Source: a bacterium
GTDB lineage: Bacteria > Patescibacteriota > Minisyncoccia > Phycocordibacterales > UBA9973
Direction: 5' to 3'
Assembly: GCA_037130655.1 (NCBI GenBank)
Contig: JBAXSP010000005.1
Span: 1-40,007 of the forward strand
Length of the DNA stretch: 40,007 nt
Shown: positions 17,125 to 26,866 of the stretch, one piece after another
Layout of the letters: every line of letters begins with the position of its first letter
How positions within the stretch are numbered: the stretch's first letter is position 1
Made by a program: the position numbers and the translations under genes
Notes under the pieces: model-generated
What the model was told of the DNA's origin: nothing
The model's input: the letters and a program-made list of their open reading frames with translations, nothing else
The model's database searches: none

Positions 17125-17964
17125 CTATCTCTTCTTACCTGTCTTGCGACGAGTAACAATAAGATGATTTGAGTATTTCTTCGGAGTACGAGTCTTTCGT
17201 CCACCAGTTACTTTACCCCATTTAGTCTTCGGTCGGCGTGTTCCACGTCCTTGTGCACCTTCACCTCCACCATATGGGTGGTCTACTGGGTTCATGGCAG
17301 ATCCACGAACAGTTGGGCGAATACCCTTCCATCGTGATGCACCTGCTTTACCGTAGTTACGAAGTTTGTTTTCTGAGTTTCCGACTTCACCAATTGAAGC
17401 GTAACACTTTTCATGCACTTTTCGGATTTCTCCTGAAGGCATTTTCAAACTAGTGTATCCTTCGTCATTCGCAATGACTTGGATAAAGGTTCCAGCACTT
17501 CGGCCAAGTTTCGCACCACCACCTTGTTTCAATTCCACATTGTATACGAATGTACCAACGGCAATGTTTTTGAGTGGTAGACGGTTTCCCGGTGTCAGTG
17601 GAGCTGTGTCAGATACGATGAATGTATCACCTACCTTCATTCCTTTTGGAGTAAGCACATAGCGCTTTTCTCCATCAGCGTAGACTGCGATTGAAATGAA
17701 AGAAGTTCGGTTTGGATCGTATTCAACAGAAGCAATTTTCGCTGGAATGTTGAACTTGTTGTACAAGAAATCAATCATTCGGTAACGACGTTTATTTCCT
17801 CCTCCTTTGTGGCGAGTAGTAATACGTCCAGCATTGTTGCGCCCCATATCACGCTTTCCTCCCTTTGTTAAACTTTTGAGTGGTGTACCAGTCGTTAGTA
17901 TTTCACGATAGTTAATCGTTTGCATATTACGACGTGATGGTGTTGTTGGTTTATATGTTTTCAT
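17125..17964 (-). CDS. rplB: 50S ribosomal protein L2
   Basis: GRNNAGRITTRHKGGG, EYDPNRT and RGSAMNPVDHPYGGGEG motifs. Confidence 0.99.
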   Translation of the reverse strand: MKTYKPTTPSRRNMQTINYREILTTGTPLKSLTKGGKRDMGRNNAGRITTRHKGGGNKRRYRMIDFLYNKFNIPAKIASVEYDPNRTSFISIAVYADGEKRYVLTPKGMKVGDTFIVSDTAPLTPGNRLPLKNIAVGTFVYNVELKQGGGAKLGRSAGTFIQVIANDEGYTSLKMPSGEIRKVHEKCYASIGEVGNSENKLRNYGKAGASRWKGIRPTVRGSAMNPVDHPYGGGEGAQGRGTRRPKTKWGKVTGGRKTRTPKKYSNHLIVTRRKTGKKR

Positions 17965-17966
17965 AT

Positions 17967-18278
17967 TTATGCAATAGAGATAGTATCACCTTTTTTAAGG
18001 AATACGACCGCTTTCTTACCACCACCTTTGGTTCCCCAATTACCACGAACAAAACGAATTTTATTCATGATTTTTGTGATGTTCACCTTGATTGGTGTCA
18101 CTTTATAAAGTCGAACAACTTCTTTGATAATTTCAGACTTTGTTGCTGAAGGTTTGACCATAAATGTGTACGCATTGAATTCTGACATCTTCGCAGCCTT
18201 TTCAGTCATACGAGGAGATAGAATAATAGCACTTACATCTTTCTTAACTTCTGTAGTTACTTCTGTTTTCTTTGCCAT
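17967..18278 (-). CDS. rplW: 50S ribosomal protein L23 with N-terminal extension
   Basis: PRMTEKA, YTFMV...ATKSEI and KKAVVFLKKG motifs. Confidence 0.96.
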   Translation of the reverse strand: MAKKTEVTTEVKKDVSAIILSPRMTEKAAKMSEFNAYTFMVKPSATKSEIIKEVVRLYKVTPIKVNITKIMNKIRFVRGNWGTKGGGKKAVVFLKKGDTISIA

Positions 18279-18281
18279 ATA

Positions 18282-19019
18282 TTATGCGGTTTTTGAACCA
18301 AGGAAAGCGAATGCTGTCTCTGGTGCAATAACGATTACGAATTTATGTGTCAACACATCAAGAACGTTCAAGTCCTTCAATTGTTCACAGTCGACCTGCG
18401 GGATGTTTGCAAAACTCTTTTCAAGTACTTCATTGCGTCCATCGATAAGGATAAGACCGCGATTTGCGCGCTTGTGTCCAAGTTTTTCAAATTCTTTCAT
18501 ACTTGCGAATGCATCGATAACGATTTGCGCATTTGCAGTTTTCATTTCTTTAAATTTGATTTCATCAATAAAGATCATTTCACCATCGCGATTTTTTGCA
18601 GATAGTACAGAGAACAACGCTTTTGTGCGCATTTTCTTGTTGATCTTTTGACTGTAATCTTTTTCAGAGCGTGGACCGAAAGTCACACCTCCGTGACGCC
18701 AGATTGGAGAACGAGTAGAACCGTGACGTGAACGTCCTGTTCCCTTTTGTTTCCATGGCTTCTTACCACCTCCGCGAATTTCACTTCGGTCTTTTGTGTG
18801 AGCAACGTTTGGTCGAGCGTTAGCTTGGATCGCAGTTGCTACTTGGTGAACGAGGTCAGTATTGAGCGCAAGCCCAAACACTGCGGGAGGAAGAGCGACA
18901 GTACCGATTGATTTAGCTGTTTGGTTATATAGTGTTGCTTCAAGTACTCCAGCTTCTTTTTTAGAAGTTGCTTTTGCTACTTTCTTAACAGCCACCTTTT
19001 TTGTAGTAGTTTTTTCCAT
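18282..19019 (-). CDS. rplD: 50S ribosomal protein L4 with Lys-rich N-terminal extension
   Basis: GGGKKPWKQKGTGRSRHGSTRSPIWRHGG motif. Confidence 0.99.
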   Translation of the reverse strand: MEKTTTKKVAVKKVAKATSKKEAGVLEATLYNQTAKSIGTVALPPAVFGLALNTDLVHQVATAIQANARPNVAHTKDRSEIRGGGKKPWKQKGTGRSRHGSTRSPIWRHGGVTFGPRSEKDYSQKINKKMRTKALFSVLSAKNRDGEMIFIDEIKFKEMKTANAQIVIDAFASMKEFEKLGHKRANRGLILIDGRNEVLEKSFANIPQVDCEQLKDLNVLDVLTHKFVIVIAPETAFAFLGSKTA

Positions 19020-19023
19020 ATAA

Positions 19024-19629
19024 TTATGCAGTTATTTCAAGTAATGTCCCTCTTCGACCTGGAAGTGCTCCTTTGATAAGGATTGTGTTTGTTGCTTTGT
19101 CTACCAATAGAACTTCAAGGTTTTTGACACTAACACGGTCATTACCCATACGTCCCGCCATACGCATTCCTTTTGGAACACGTGTGCGAAGACCTCCACC
19201 GATTGAACCTGGTTTTCGTTCTGAGTGTTTGCGTCCGTGTGTACGTTTGTCACCATGGAAACCATGACGTTTAACAACACCTTGGAAGCCTTTACCTTTT
19301 GAGATTCCAGCCACTACCACCATATCACCTTTTTCAAAGGCTGATACGTCGATAATGTCACCAACAGCTTTACCTGCATCTTCTGCGCGGAATTCGCGAA
19401 GTGTTTTGTAGGCAGCATCTTTGGTGTGACCGAGAACACTCTTCGAAAGACGTTCTTTCTTTTGTTCGCCGTAGCCAACTTGTAGCGCAGTATACCCATC
19501 TTTGTCACCAGTTTTAACTTGTGTAACAGTAATCGGTCCCGCAACAACTACAGTAGCCGGAGAAACTTTTCCGTCTTCGCCCCAGTATTGGGTCATATTC
19601 TGTTTTGTTCCGAGAATAAATTTTTTCAT
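19024..19629 (-). CDS. rplC: 50S ribosomal protein L3
   Basis: SKGKGFQGVVKRHGF and GMRMAGRMG motifs. Confidence 0.99.
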   Translation of the reverse strand: MKKFILGTKQNMTQYWGEDGKVSPATVVVAGPITVTQVKTGDKDGYTALQVGYGEQKKERLSKSVLGHTKDAAYKTLREFRAEDAGKAVGDIIDVSAFEKGDMVVVAGISKGKGFQGVVKRHGFHGDKRTHGRKHSERKPGSIGGGLRTRVPKGMRMAGRMGNDRVSVKNLEVLLVDKATNTILIKGALPGRRGTLLEITA

Positions 19630-19773
19630 AAATTGTTTGAGGTTTCTAGAGTCCTATTCACCCTGTGTCAAAAATTCGGTATAGATAACAAACTCAAAAG
19701 TCGTGAGACATTTAAGGATGTTATAAAACCAAATTTTGAAAGTAAGAGTGACGTCGGATTGAGAAACAATGTC

Positions 19774-19801
19774 GTGATTTTTTGCCTCGGCAAAAAATCA
19801 C
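19774..19801. other. Perfect hairpin just after rpsJ, without a downstream U-tract
   Basis: GTGATTTTTTGCC-TC-GGCAAAAAATCAC. Confidence 0.7.
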
Positions 19802-19810
19802 TCATTATTT

Positions 19811-20164
19811 CTACAGCATCTTCACGTCGATATCGACACCGTTTGGAAGATTGATATTTGTAAGCGCTTCCATTGTTTTTGGAGACGGGTTCAAAATATC
19901 GATCATTCTTTTGTGTGTACGGATCTCGAATTGTTCACGAGCGTTTTTATAAACGAACGGTGAGCGATTCACTGTGTACTTTTTAATTTCTGTTGGAAGC
20001 GGTGTTGGTCCGACTACTGTTGCTTCATGACGAAGTGCTGTATCGATAATTTGCTTGACTGAATTGTCAAGAATCTTATTTTCATAGGCACGAACACGAA
20101 TACGTAGTGTAACTGTTGCGTCTTCCCCAGATTTCTTTTTTGTTGTCTTTTTTTCTGTAGCCAT
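19811..20164 (-). CDS. rpsJ: 30S ribosomal protein S10 with Lys-rich N-terminal extension
   Basis: RIRVRAY, GPTPLPT, RSPFV...[11 protein letters not shown] motifs. Confidence 0.98.
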   Translation of the reverse strand: MATEKKTTKKKSGEDATVTLRIRVRAYENKILDNSVKQIIDTALRHEATVVGPTPLPTEIKKYTVNRSPFVYKNAREQFEIRTHKRMIDILNPSPKTMEALTNINLPNGVDIDVKML

Positions 20165-20204
20165 AGCTTTGGAATGAACTTAAGTACGTGAAGATGAGTG
20201 ATGC

Positions 20205-21410
20205 TTATTTGATGATTTTTGTCACCACACCAGCACCGACTGTCTTACCTCCTTCACGGATAGCAAAACGCTGTTGATCTTCTAGTGCAACTGGAGAAAC
20301 CAATTTCACTGTCAATTTTACTGTATCACCTGGCATAACCATTTCTGTTCCAGTTGGAAGTGTTGCTTCACCTGTAACGTCAGTAGTACGAACATAAAAT
20401 TGAGGCTTGTAACCGGTGAAGAATGGAGTGTGACGTCCACCTTCTTCCTTTTTCAAGATGTATACTTCACATTCAAATTCTGAGTGAGGAGTAACTGAAC
20501 CTGATTTTGCAAGCACTTGTCCACGTGTAATATCTTCTTTTTTGATACCACGGAGCAAGATACCAGCGTTATCTCCAGCCATACCTTCTTGTAGTTGTTT
20601 GTTGAACATTTCGATACCAGTTACAGTACTTTTTACAGTATCTTTCAAACCGATAATTTCAATTTCTTCACCAACTTTAACGATACCGCGTTCGATTTTA
20701 CCTGTTACCACTGTTCCACGTCCTTCGATTGAGAAGACGTCTTCGATTGGCATAAGGAATGGCTTGTCAGTTTCGCGAACTGGTTCGTCGATGTAGTTAT
20801 CACATGCATCTACGAGTTCGAGTACTTTCTTTGCCCATTCATCATCTACAGATGTTGATTGCAATGCTTTCAAACCTGAACCACGAATAACTGGAGTATT
20901 AGCACCGTCAAAACCTTGTTTTGTAAGGATTTCTCGGATTTCTTCTTCAACCAATTCGATCATGTCTTGGTCTTCAACCATGTCACATTTGTTCAAAAAT
21001 ACAACGATTTTTGGCACACCAACTTGTTTTGCAAGCAAAATGTGTTCACGTGTTTGTGGCATAGCACCATCAGTTGCAGCAACAACGATAATAGCACCGT
21101 CAGTTTGAGCAGCACCAGTAATCATGTTCTTGATGTAGTCCGCGTGACCTGGCATATCAACGTGAGCGTAGTGACGCTTTGGAGTTGTATATTCAGAGTG
21201 GTGGAGTGAAATAGTGATTCCACGAGCCTTTTCTTCTGGAGCCTTGTCGATACTATCGATTGCTTCAACGCGAGCTGAATAACCGTTTCCTTTGTTCATG
21301 TCTAACACGTGCAAAATAGCCGCTGTAAGCGTTGTTTTTCCGTGGTCAACGTGTCCCATAGTACCAATGTTTACGTGTGGTTTACTACGATCAAATACTT
21401 CTTGAGCCAT
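20205..21410 (-). CDS. tuf: Elongation factor Tu
   Basis: [34 protein letters not shown] and [10 protein letters not shown] motifs. Confidence 0.99.
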   Translation of the reverse strand: MAQEVFDRSKPHVNIGTMGHVDHGKTTLTAAILHVLDMNKGNGYSARVEAIDSIDKAPEEKARGITISLHHSEYTTPKRHYAHVDMPGHADYIKNMITGAAQTDGAIIVVAATDGAMPQTREHILLAKQVGVPKIVVFLNKCDMVEDQDMIELVEEEIREILTKQGFDGANTPVIRGSGLKALQSTSVDDEWAKKVLELVDACDNYIDEPVRETDKPFLMPIEDVFSIEGRGTVVTGKIERGIVKVGEEIEIIGLKDTVKSTVTGIEMFNKQLQEGMAGDNAGILLRGIKKEDITRGQVLAKSGSVTPHSEFECEVYILKKEEGGRHTPFFTGYKPQFYVRTTDVTGEATLPTGTEMVMPGDTVKLTVKLVSPVALEDQQRFAIREGGKTVGAGVVTKIIK

Positions 21411-21511
21411 ATATATTCATTGGTTTATCCCTTTTGGGGTATAAACGTAAATTAATTAATAAAATGTCTTGTTTTCGAAAACAAAAACCGCTAAAAGTGC
21501 GATTAAGGCTT

Positions 21512-21540
21512 ATATTAGACGAAAAAGCGCGAAATGTCAA
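21512..21540 (-). promoter_or_regulatory. sigma70 promoter for tuf-rpsJ
   Basis: Minus strand TTGACA-17 bp-TAATAT. Confidence 0.75.
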
Positions 21541-21542
21541 AT

Positions 21543-21657
21543 CTCCGCTCGATACGATTTCTTGGAAAAGGACGGAATATTTTTGTGGTCAAAAATTTCC
21601 TCATACTCAGAGCCGAGCTCTTCCGTAGGCCATTTCCAAGAAACGTATCTCGCTCCG
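21543..21657. repeat. Branched long inverted-repeat element (REP-like or structured ncRNA)
   Basis: GATACG/CGTATC, TTTCTTGGAAA/TTTCCAAGAAA and ACGGAA/TTCCGT stems enclosing two small hairpins. Confidence 0.6.
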
Positions 21658-21680
21658 TGGTAAAAATCACAAAAAAAAGA

Positions 21681-21702
21681 AAAACACCTTTTCAGGTGTT
21701 TT
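21681..21702 (-). terminator. Intrinsic terminator of pyrE
   Basis: Minus strand AAAACACCT-GAAA-AGGTGTTTT followed by a T-run. Confidence 0.85.
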
Positions 21703-21706
21703 ATTT

Positions 21707-22357
21707 TTAAGCCGTTTCTGGTTCAAAAAAATCTTTGAATTTTTCGAACCAATCTTTAGGATTAGACTTCCAAGACAACAACAATATGTATTCCTCGGGA
21801 GAAATCATTTCTTTTGCTTTTTCTGAATATATTACATCAGTAAATGTAATAAGCGGCTCAAGAATATACCCTGCTTCTTCGAATCCTTTCTTGGATTCTT
21901 CCATTTCGTGTGAATAAATACACAACGGATATACAAATGAAGCACCGCTATCCTTTAAAATTTTAATACTATCCAAAAGACTTCCTCCTGTTGAAACAGT
22001 GTCTTCAATAACAACAATGGTTTTCCATAAAACATCGATACCTTCGATATTTTTACCCAAACCATAGGCTTTGGCATCCAAACGAACATATCCAAAAGGA
22101 AGCCTAAATTGTGTATTCAAGAACATTGCATGAGCAATACCACCAGTTGCAACACCGAGGATACCGTCGATAGAAAGTTTTTCAATCTTAATTTTAAAAA
22201 GATTTTTTATCAATTCCATTATTTTATAGTGCTTCATGCACTCTCGCAGATCGACATAGATCGGCGACCTTAGTTCTGATTTGAACGTGAACGGTTTTTT
22301 GAAATTGAATTTAATAATTCCGTGTTCCAATAATAGCTTAATTAATTCTTGTTTCAT
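21707..22357 (-). CDS. pyrE: Orotate phosphoribosyltransferase
   Basis: F..KSELRSPIYVDLR, K.YG and VVIEDTVSTGGS (PRPP loop) motifs. Confidence 0.88.
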   Translation of the reverse strand: MKQELIKLLLEHGIIKFNFKKPFTFKSELRSPIYVDLRECMKHYKIMELIKNLFKIKIEKLSIDGILGVATGGIAHAMFLNTQFRLPFGYVRLDAKAYGLGKNIEGIDVLWKTIVVIEDTVSTGGSLLDSIKILKDSGASFVYPLCIYSHEMEESKKGFEEAGYILEPLITFTDVIYSEKAKEMISPEEYILLLSWKSNPKDWFEKFKDFFEPETA

Positions 22358-22383
22358 TTTGCATTACATTTATTCCGATTTGA

Positions 22384-22412
22384 ACAATATAGAAAAATCA
22401 CCCTTGTGTCAA
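22384..22412 (-). promoter_or_regulatory. Putative sigma70 promoter of pyrE
   Basis: Minus strand TTGACA-17 bp-TATTGT. Confidence 0.6.
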
Positions 22413-22425
22413 ATGGAACAAAAAG

Positions 22426-22470
22426 CGTCGAAAAAACTTTATTGACTTCGCCGACAAGTTTCTTTCGACG
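22426..22470. repeat. Imperfect palindrome (REP-like)
   Basis: CGTCGAAA/TTTCGACG and AAACTT/AAGTTT arms around TTGACTTCGCCGA. Confidence 0.55.
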
Positions 22471-22494
22471 TCATTTTTCTTTGTAGAAAAAATG

Positions 22495-22520
22495 AAATCC
22501 CCTCTTTGCAAAGGGGATTT
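22495..22520 (-). terminator. Terminator of plsC
   Basis: AAATCCCCT...AGGGGATTT stem; T-run downstream on the minus strand. Confidence 0.75.
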
Positions 22521-22524
22521 TGAG

Positions 22525-23448
22525 TTACTCATCAATCATTTCTTGAATAATGTGTTGAGTTTTTTCAGCTAATTCTTTTGGAGACATCGTGCTCCCGTCA
22601 ATTGGTGTACCAATTCGTATGATAATACGCGTTGACTTGATGTACTGTCGCCATTTTGGCTTGGCCTCATAGGTACCAATAAAGGCAATCGGCACGATTG
22701 GCACTCCAGCTCTTTTGGCAATATTGAATGCAGTATCTTCAAATTGCTTCATCTGTCCGTTCAATGTTCGTGTTCCCTCAGGAAACGCAACCAATGATTT
22801 TCCTTGTGCTAATGTTTCAAGTGCTTTGTACTTGGCGGAAATATTAATTTCAGCCATTTCTCTTTTTGAAAGAATAATTTGTGGCAATAGCCAGTTCGTT
22901 ATTTTTTCAGAGACCGTTTTTGTATGAACCATCGTATTAGTACTTGATTCATATTTTGCGGTCGGAGGAATCACAGGAATAACATCCAGTCGTTTGAGCC
23001 ACCAGCCAAGTATCGGTATCTTCAACAATTTTTTATGAAGGAAGACAGTCCCCTGTAATCCTTTGAAATAATATCCTGTTGCGAAGATATCAAAAAAACT
23101 TCCGTGATTGGCCACCGCAACAAAATTGGTATTCGTTGGAAGTGTTCCAATAAGAATCGGTTTTCGGACCATTGATACCAAGAGCACCGCTCTGGCCAAA
23201 TAAAACCAATTTTTGTAGATAGTACTTGGAAAAAGTATTGTGCGAAGCATCAACGGAAAACCGATGACAATATATACAACAACAATTCCAGTTTGAATCA
23301 AATGAGTTTTTTGCATTCGCAAAAAATCACGTAATACATCGAGTGTTTTTTCATGTGCCTTATGAATGGCGTAATACCAATCATGTAGAAAGATCATTAT
23401 GTAGGCTATAAAAAGCACTACCTGCTGAGTATAGTTGAGATTTATCAT
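22525..23448 (-). CDS. plsC: Lysophospholipid (1-acyl-G3P) acyltransferase family protein; start trimmed to MINLN
   Basis: NHGSFFD (NHx4D) and FPEGTR motifs, GVPIVPI, N-terminal TM helices. Confidence 0.82.
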   Translation of the reverse strand: MINLNYTQQVVLFIAYIMIFLHDWYYAIHKAHEKTLDVLRDFLRMQKTHLIQTGIVVVYIVIGFPLMLRTILFPSTIYKNWFYLARAVLLVSMVRKPILIGTLPTNTNFVAVANHGSFFDIFATGYYFKGLQGTVFLHKKLLKIPILGWWLKRLDVIPVIPPTAKYESSTNTMVHTKTVSEKITNWLLPQIILSKREMAEINISAKYKALETLAQGKSLVAFPEGTRTLNGQMKQFEDTAFNIAKRAGVPIVPIAFIGTYEAKPKWRQYIKSTRIIIRIGTPIDGSTMSPKELAEKTQHIIQEMIDE

Positions 23449-23509
23449 TTTTATAAAGTGCTTTTGGGTCCAAGATGAATGGTACGGTATTTTTAACACA
23501 AACACAAAT

Positions 23510-23539
23510 AAAAAACAGGACTTTTATGTCCTGTTTTTT
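23510..23539 (-). terminator. Terminator of fusA
   Basis: AAAAAACAGGAC-TTTTAT-GTCCTGTTTTTT. Confidence 0.8.
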
Positions 23540-23544
23540 TATTT

Positions 23545-25704
23545 TTACTTACGATTTTTTACAATTTCATCTTCTACGTTTTTCGGTACGATATCGTAAC
23601 GAACGAATTCCATGGTGAATCCTGCACGTCCTTCAGTCATAGAACGAAGTTGTGTCATGTATCCGAACATTTCAGAAAGTGGCACAACGGCTTTGATTGC
23701 TTTGTTCATTCCACGATCTTCCATACCTTCGATAAGACCACGTTTTGATGAGAGTGAACCAGTCACATCTCCCATGAATTTTTCAGGAGTAACTACTTCA
23801 ACTTTCATCATCGGCTCAAGGATCACTGGACGAGCCATTTTGGCTGCGTCTTGCATTGCCATAGAAGCTGCAATTTTGAAGGCCATTTCGTTTGAGTCAA
23901 CATCGTGGTATGAACCGTCGTATAGATCAACAGACACATCCACCATTTTGAATCCAGCAATAACACCACGATCCAATCCTTCACGGAATCCTTTTTCACA
24001 AGCTGGAATGTATTCTTGTGGAATAGCACCTCCTTTGATTGTGTTGACGAATTCGAAGTGATCTTCACGTTTGACACTCTTCGGCAAATCAGCGATTTGT
24101 TCTTTTGAAAGAGACATATCCATTGGCTTCACGCGAATCTTCACGTGACCGTAGTTTCCACGTCCTCCAGATTGTTTGATGTACTTACCTTCAACATCTG
24201 CAGTTCCTTGAATTGTTTCGCGGTATGCAACTTGTGGTTTACCAACGTTTGCTTCAACAGAGAATTCACGCTTCATACGATCAACAATGATTTCCAAGTG
24301 CAGTTCTCCCATACCTGAAATAATTGTTTCGTTTGTTTCTGGATCAGTTGTTACGCGGAATGTTGGGTCTTCTTGTACCAAACGAGAGAGTGCCATACCC
24401 ATTTTTTCTTGGTCAGCTTTTGTTTTTGGTTCAATACGAAGTGAGATAACTGGTTCTGGGAACACAATACGATATAGTTCGATTGGATTTGCTTCTTCAC
24501 ACAATGTGTCAGAAGTAATTGTTTCCTTGAGACCTACCGCTGCTGCGATTTCTCCAGCAAACACTTTTTTCACTTCTTCACGTTCGTTGGCGTGCATACG
24601 TAGAATACGTCCGATACGTTCGCGATTTCCTGTACGAGGATTGTACACATAAGAACCTGCTTCAACACTACCTGAATACACACGGAAGAAAATCAATTGT
24701 CCAACGAATGGGTCAGTCGCGACTTTGAAAGCCAATGCTGAGAAAGGAGCTTTGTCGTCAGCTGGACGAGTAAGTGGTTCTTCTGTGTCTGGATGAACTC
24801 CACCGATTGCTGGAATATCTGTTGGAGATGGGAGGTAGTCAACCACCGCATCGAGTACCAATTGAACACCTTTGTTCTTGAGTGCTGAACCAACGAATAC
24901 TGGGAAAATTTGGTTTGCAATAACTGCCTTACGCAATTCAACCTTAAGCACTGCTTCAGGGATTTCTTTGCCTTCGAGATAGTCATTCATCAATGCTTCA
25001 TTGTTGGCAACGATAGCTTCGATCATTTCAGCACGAAGTTCTTGTGCTTGTGCCATCATATTTTCTGGGATTTCTTTTTCGATAACTTTATTTCCCATAT
25101 CACCTTCGAAGTAGAATGCCTTCATTTTGAGGAGGTCTACTGCACCTTCATGGTTTTCTTCAAGACCGATTGGAATTTGCATTCGAACTGCTTTCTTTGA
25201 AAGACGATCAAGGATTGTTTTGTATGAGTGGTCAAATGACGCACCAGTACGGTCGAGTTTGTTGATAAAACAAATACGTGGAACATTTGCTTCGTCAGCA
25301 TAACGCCAGTTTGTTTCTGATTGTGGTTCTACTCCAGCAACGCCGTCGAACACGACAACAGCACCGTCGAGCACGCGAAGAGAACGCTTCACTTCTACAG
25401 TGAAGTCGATGTGACCAGGTGTGTCAATGATATTAAAACGATATTTTTTTGATGTATCTTTCTTGTCTTCTACATAAGTAGGTGTCCAGAAACAAGTAAT
25501 AGCCGCAGAAGTAATAGTAATTCCACGTTCCTTTTCTTGTTCCATCCAGTCAGTTGTAGTCTCACCATCGTGCACTTCCCCAATTTTGTGAGAAACACCA
25601 GTATAGTAGAGCACGCGCTCTGACGTTGTTGTCTTACCCGCATCGATGTGGGCGATAATTCCAAAATTTCTAACTCTCTCCAAAGGATAATCCCGTTTGT
25701 CCAT
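23545..25704 (-). CDS. fusA: Elongation factor G
   Basis: [27 protein letters not shown] and GMGELHLEI motifs. Confidence 0.99.
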   Translation of the reverse strand: MDKRDYPLERVRNFGIIAHIDAGKTTTSERVLYYTGVSHKIGEVHDGETTTDWMEQEKERGITITSAAITCFWTPTYVEDKKDTSKKYRFNIIDTPGHIDFTVEVKRSLRVLDGAVVVFDGVAGVEPQSETNWRYADEANVPRICFINKLDRTGASFDHSYKTILDRLSKKAVRMQIPIGLEENHEGAVDLLKMKAFYFEGDMGNKVIEKEIPENMMAQAQELRAEMIEAIVANNEALMNDYLEGKEIPEAVLKVELRKAVIANQIFPVFVGSALKNKGVQLVLDAVVDYLPSPTDIPAIGGVHPDTEEPLTRPADDKAPFSALAFKVATDPFVGQLIFFRVYSGSVEAGSYVYNPRTGNRERIGRILRMHANEREEVKKVFAGEIAAAVGLKETITSDTLCEEANPIELYRIVFPEPVISLRIEPKTKADQEKMGMALSRLVQEDPTFRVTTDPETNETIISGMGELHLEIIVDRMKREFSVEANVGKPQVAYRETIQGTADVEGKYIKQSGGRGNYGHVKIRVKPMDMSLSKEQIADLPKSVKREDHFEFVNTIKGGAIPQEYIPACEKGFREGLDRGVIAGFKMVDVSVDLYDGSYHDVDSNEMAFKIAASMAMQDAAKMARPVILEPMMKVEVVTPEKFMGDVTGSLSSKRGLIEGMEDRGMNKAIKAVVPLSEMFGYMTQLRSMTEGRAGFTMEFVRYDIVPKNVEDEIVKNRK

Positions 25705-25762
25705 AAAATAAATGATAAACTAATAAAAAATCAAAAAAGACATCGTTTTGTCTTGTGTGCAT

Positions 25763-25791
25763 ACTATACGGAATTTTGGGCTTTTTTGCAA
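25763..25791 (-). promoter_or_regulatory. sigma70 promoter of fusA
   Basis: Minus strand TTGCAA-17 bp-TATAGT. Confidence 0.7.
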
Positions 25792-25796
25792 ATAAA

Positions 25797-25816
25797 AAAG
25801 CCGTCCGTACGGCTTT
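25797..25816 (-). terminator. Terminator of the 25835-26182 gene
   Basis: AAAGCCGT-CCGT-ACGGCTTT with flanking A/T runs. Confidence 0.7.
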
Positions 25817-25834
25817 GTTTTTTTCGACAACACA

Positions 25835-26182
25835 CTATGGCAGGAAGTACTTTTGATAAAATTTTTGATTCAATCTTATAACATTTTCAGCAGCAGATCT
25901 CTCTCTATCATCAGTTATATCGTTTTCTAAAGCATTCTTCATATTTTCGATTTCCTGCTTCAAATGAATTTTCGCTTCTTCTTTTGTAACAAGAACTGGC
26001 TCAAAAAAACGTGCTATACCTGTACGACCGAACCAATCAATGGCAATATTAGGACAAACATCATCTATCAAGACAACTACTCTGGTTACAGATTTATCGT
26101 GTGGCATTACTGTATACCATTGCCCTCCTTGAGGTTTTGGATCCAAATCATCTAATGATTTTAATTTTGCTGTTATTTCCAT
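25835..26182 (-). CDS. Hypothetical protein (115 aa from MEITAK), paralog of the C-terminal half of 26249-26866
   Basis: Own promoter and terminator; GQWYTV and FFEPVLVTKEEA resemble segments of the neighbour. Confidence 0.7.
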   Translation of the reverse strand: MEITAKLKSLDDLDPKPQGGQWYTVMPHDKSVTRVVVLIDDVCPNIAIDWFGRTGIARFFEPVLVTKEEAKIHLKQEIENMKNALENDITDDRERSAAENVIRLNQKFYQKYFLP

Positions 26183-26237
26183 TTTATTAAGTTTTAATTC
26201 CTCCACCACTTTACTCTTTTGATACAATTTGTCAAAA
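26180..26237 (-). repeat. Duplicated promoter/leader, copy 1
   Basis: 24 bp identical to 26864-26887 (CATTTTATTAAGTTTTAATTCCTC); TTGACA-16 bp-TAAAGT. Confidence 0.85.
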
Positions 26238-26248
26238 AAAATCCCTCA

Positions 26249-26866
26249 TCAGTGAGGGATTTTTGAATATAATACGCTTTGTTCTTTAAAATGTTCTTTT
26301 TGAAAATTGTTCATTTTTTCTAAAGCATACATAAAACGACAAGGTGTTTCTCTTAAACCGTTTGTTACTTCCAAAATCTCATTTGCAATTTGATTCGCAG
26401 CTCCCTCTTCTGTTAACAAAAGAGGTTCGATAAAATCATCTAGTGTGTCGGATTTTTGTCCATAAGGAAAAAGAATTGTGTTAGCACTTTCTGTATATAC
26501 AAGAAATCTTTGTTCGTCTTTTAGGTTGTCAAAAGTAACACTATAGTATTGACCTTCTGTTAGTTCAATATCAAGCAATGTAATTGGTTGAAAATCTTTT
26601 GTACTAACAAGTTTTAATCCTGAAAACGCACACTGTTTATTCAAAAGAACAAATTCTTTTGCATTTGTTTTTTCACTAAACAGAAATTCATCTCTTCCGG
26701 CAGAAACACGCTCTTTTTTACTTACACTGCGTTTCAATTCTCCAGTACACTTTTGACCGATAACAGGCACTGATTCAAGAATAAGAAATAATTCTTTATC
26801 TTTTGAAACCTCTAGCTCAAGGCCTCCTATTAACATAAAGATATGTTCGATTTTTATTTTTTTCAT
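26249..26866 (-). CDS. Hypothetical protein (205 aa from MKKIKIEH)
   Basis: Start set by the duplicated leader; its terminator hairpin AAAAATCCCTCA/TGAGGGATTTTT overlaps the stop. Confidence 0.7.
   Translation of the reverse strand: MKKIKIEHIFMLIGGLELEVSKDKELFLILESVPVIGQKCTGELKRSVSKKERVSAGRDEFLFSEKTNAKEFVLLNKQCAFSGLKLVSTKDFQPITLLDIELTEGQYYSVTFDNLKDEQRFLVYTESANTILFPYGQKSDTLDDFIEPLLLTEEGAANQIANEILEVTNGLRETPCRFMYALEKMNNFQKEHFKEQSVLYSKIPH

Noticed and set aside
20205-21410. Unusual EF-Tu residues (DMPGH, SLHH) and small EF-G insertions
   Set aside because: All GTPase motifs are intact; this looks like lineage divergence and I cannot support a functional claim.
21543-21657. SRP RNA, 6S RNA or tRNA
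   Set aside because: No SRP domain IV motif, no T-loop/anticodon cloverleaf, and too short and branched for 6S.
21469-21663. 64-aa ORF in the supplied track
   Set aside because: The listed peptide reads from the plus strand (TTG start) although labelled minus; it overlaps the tuf promoter and the palindromic element and has no protein features.
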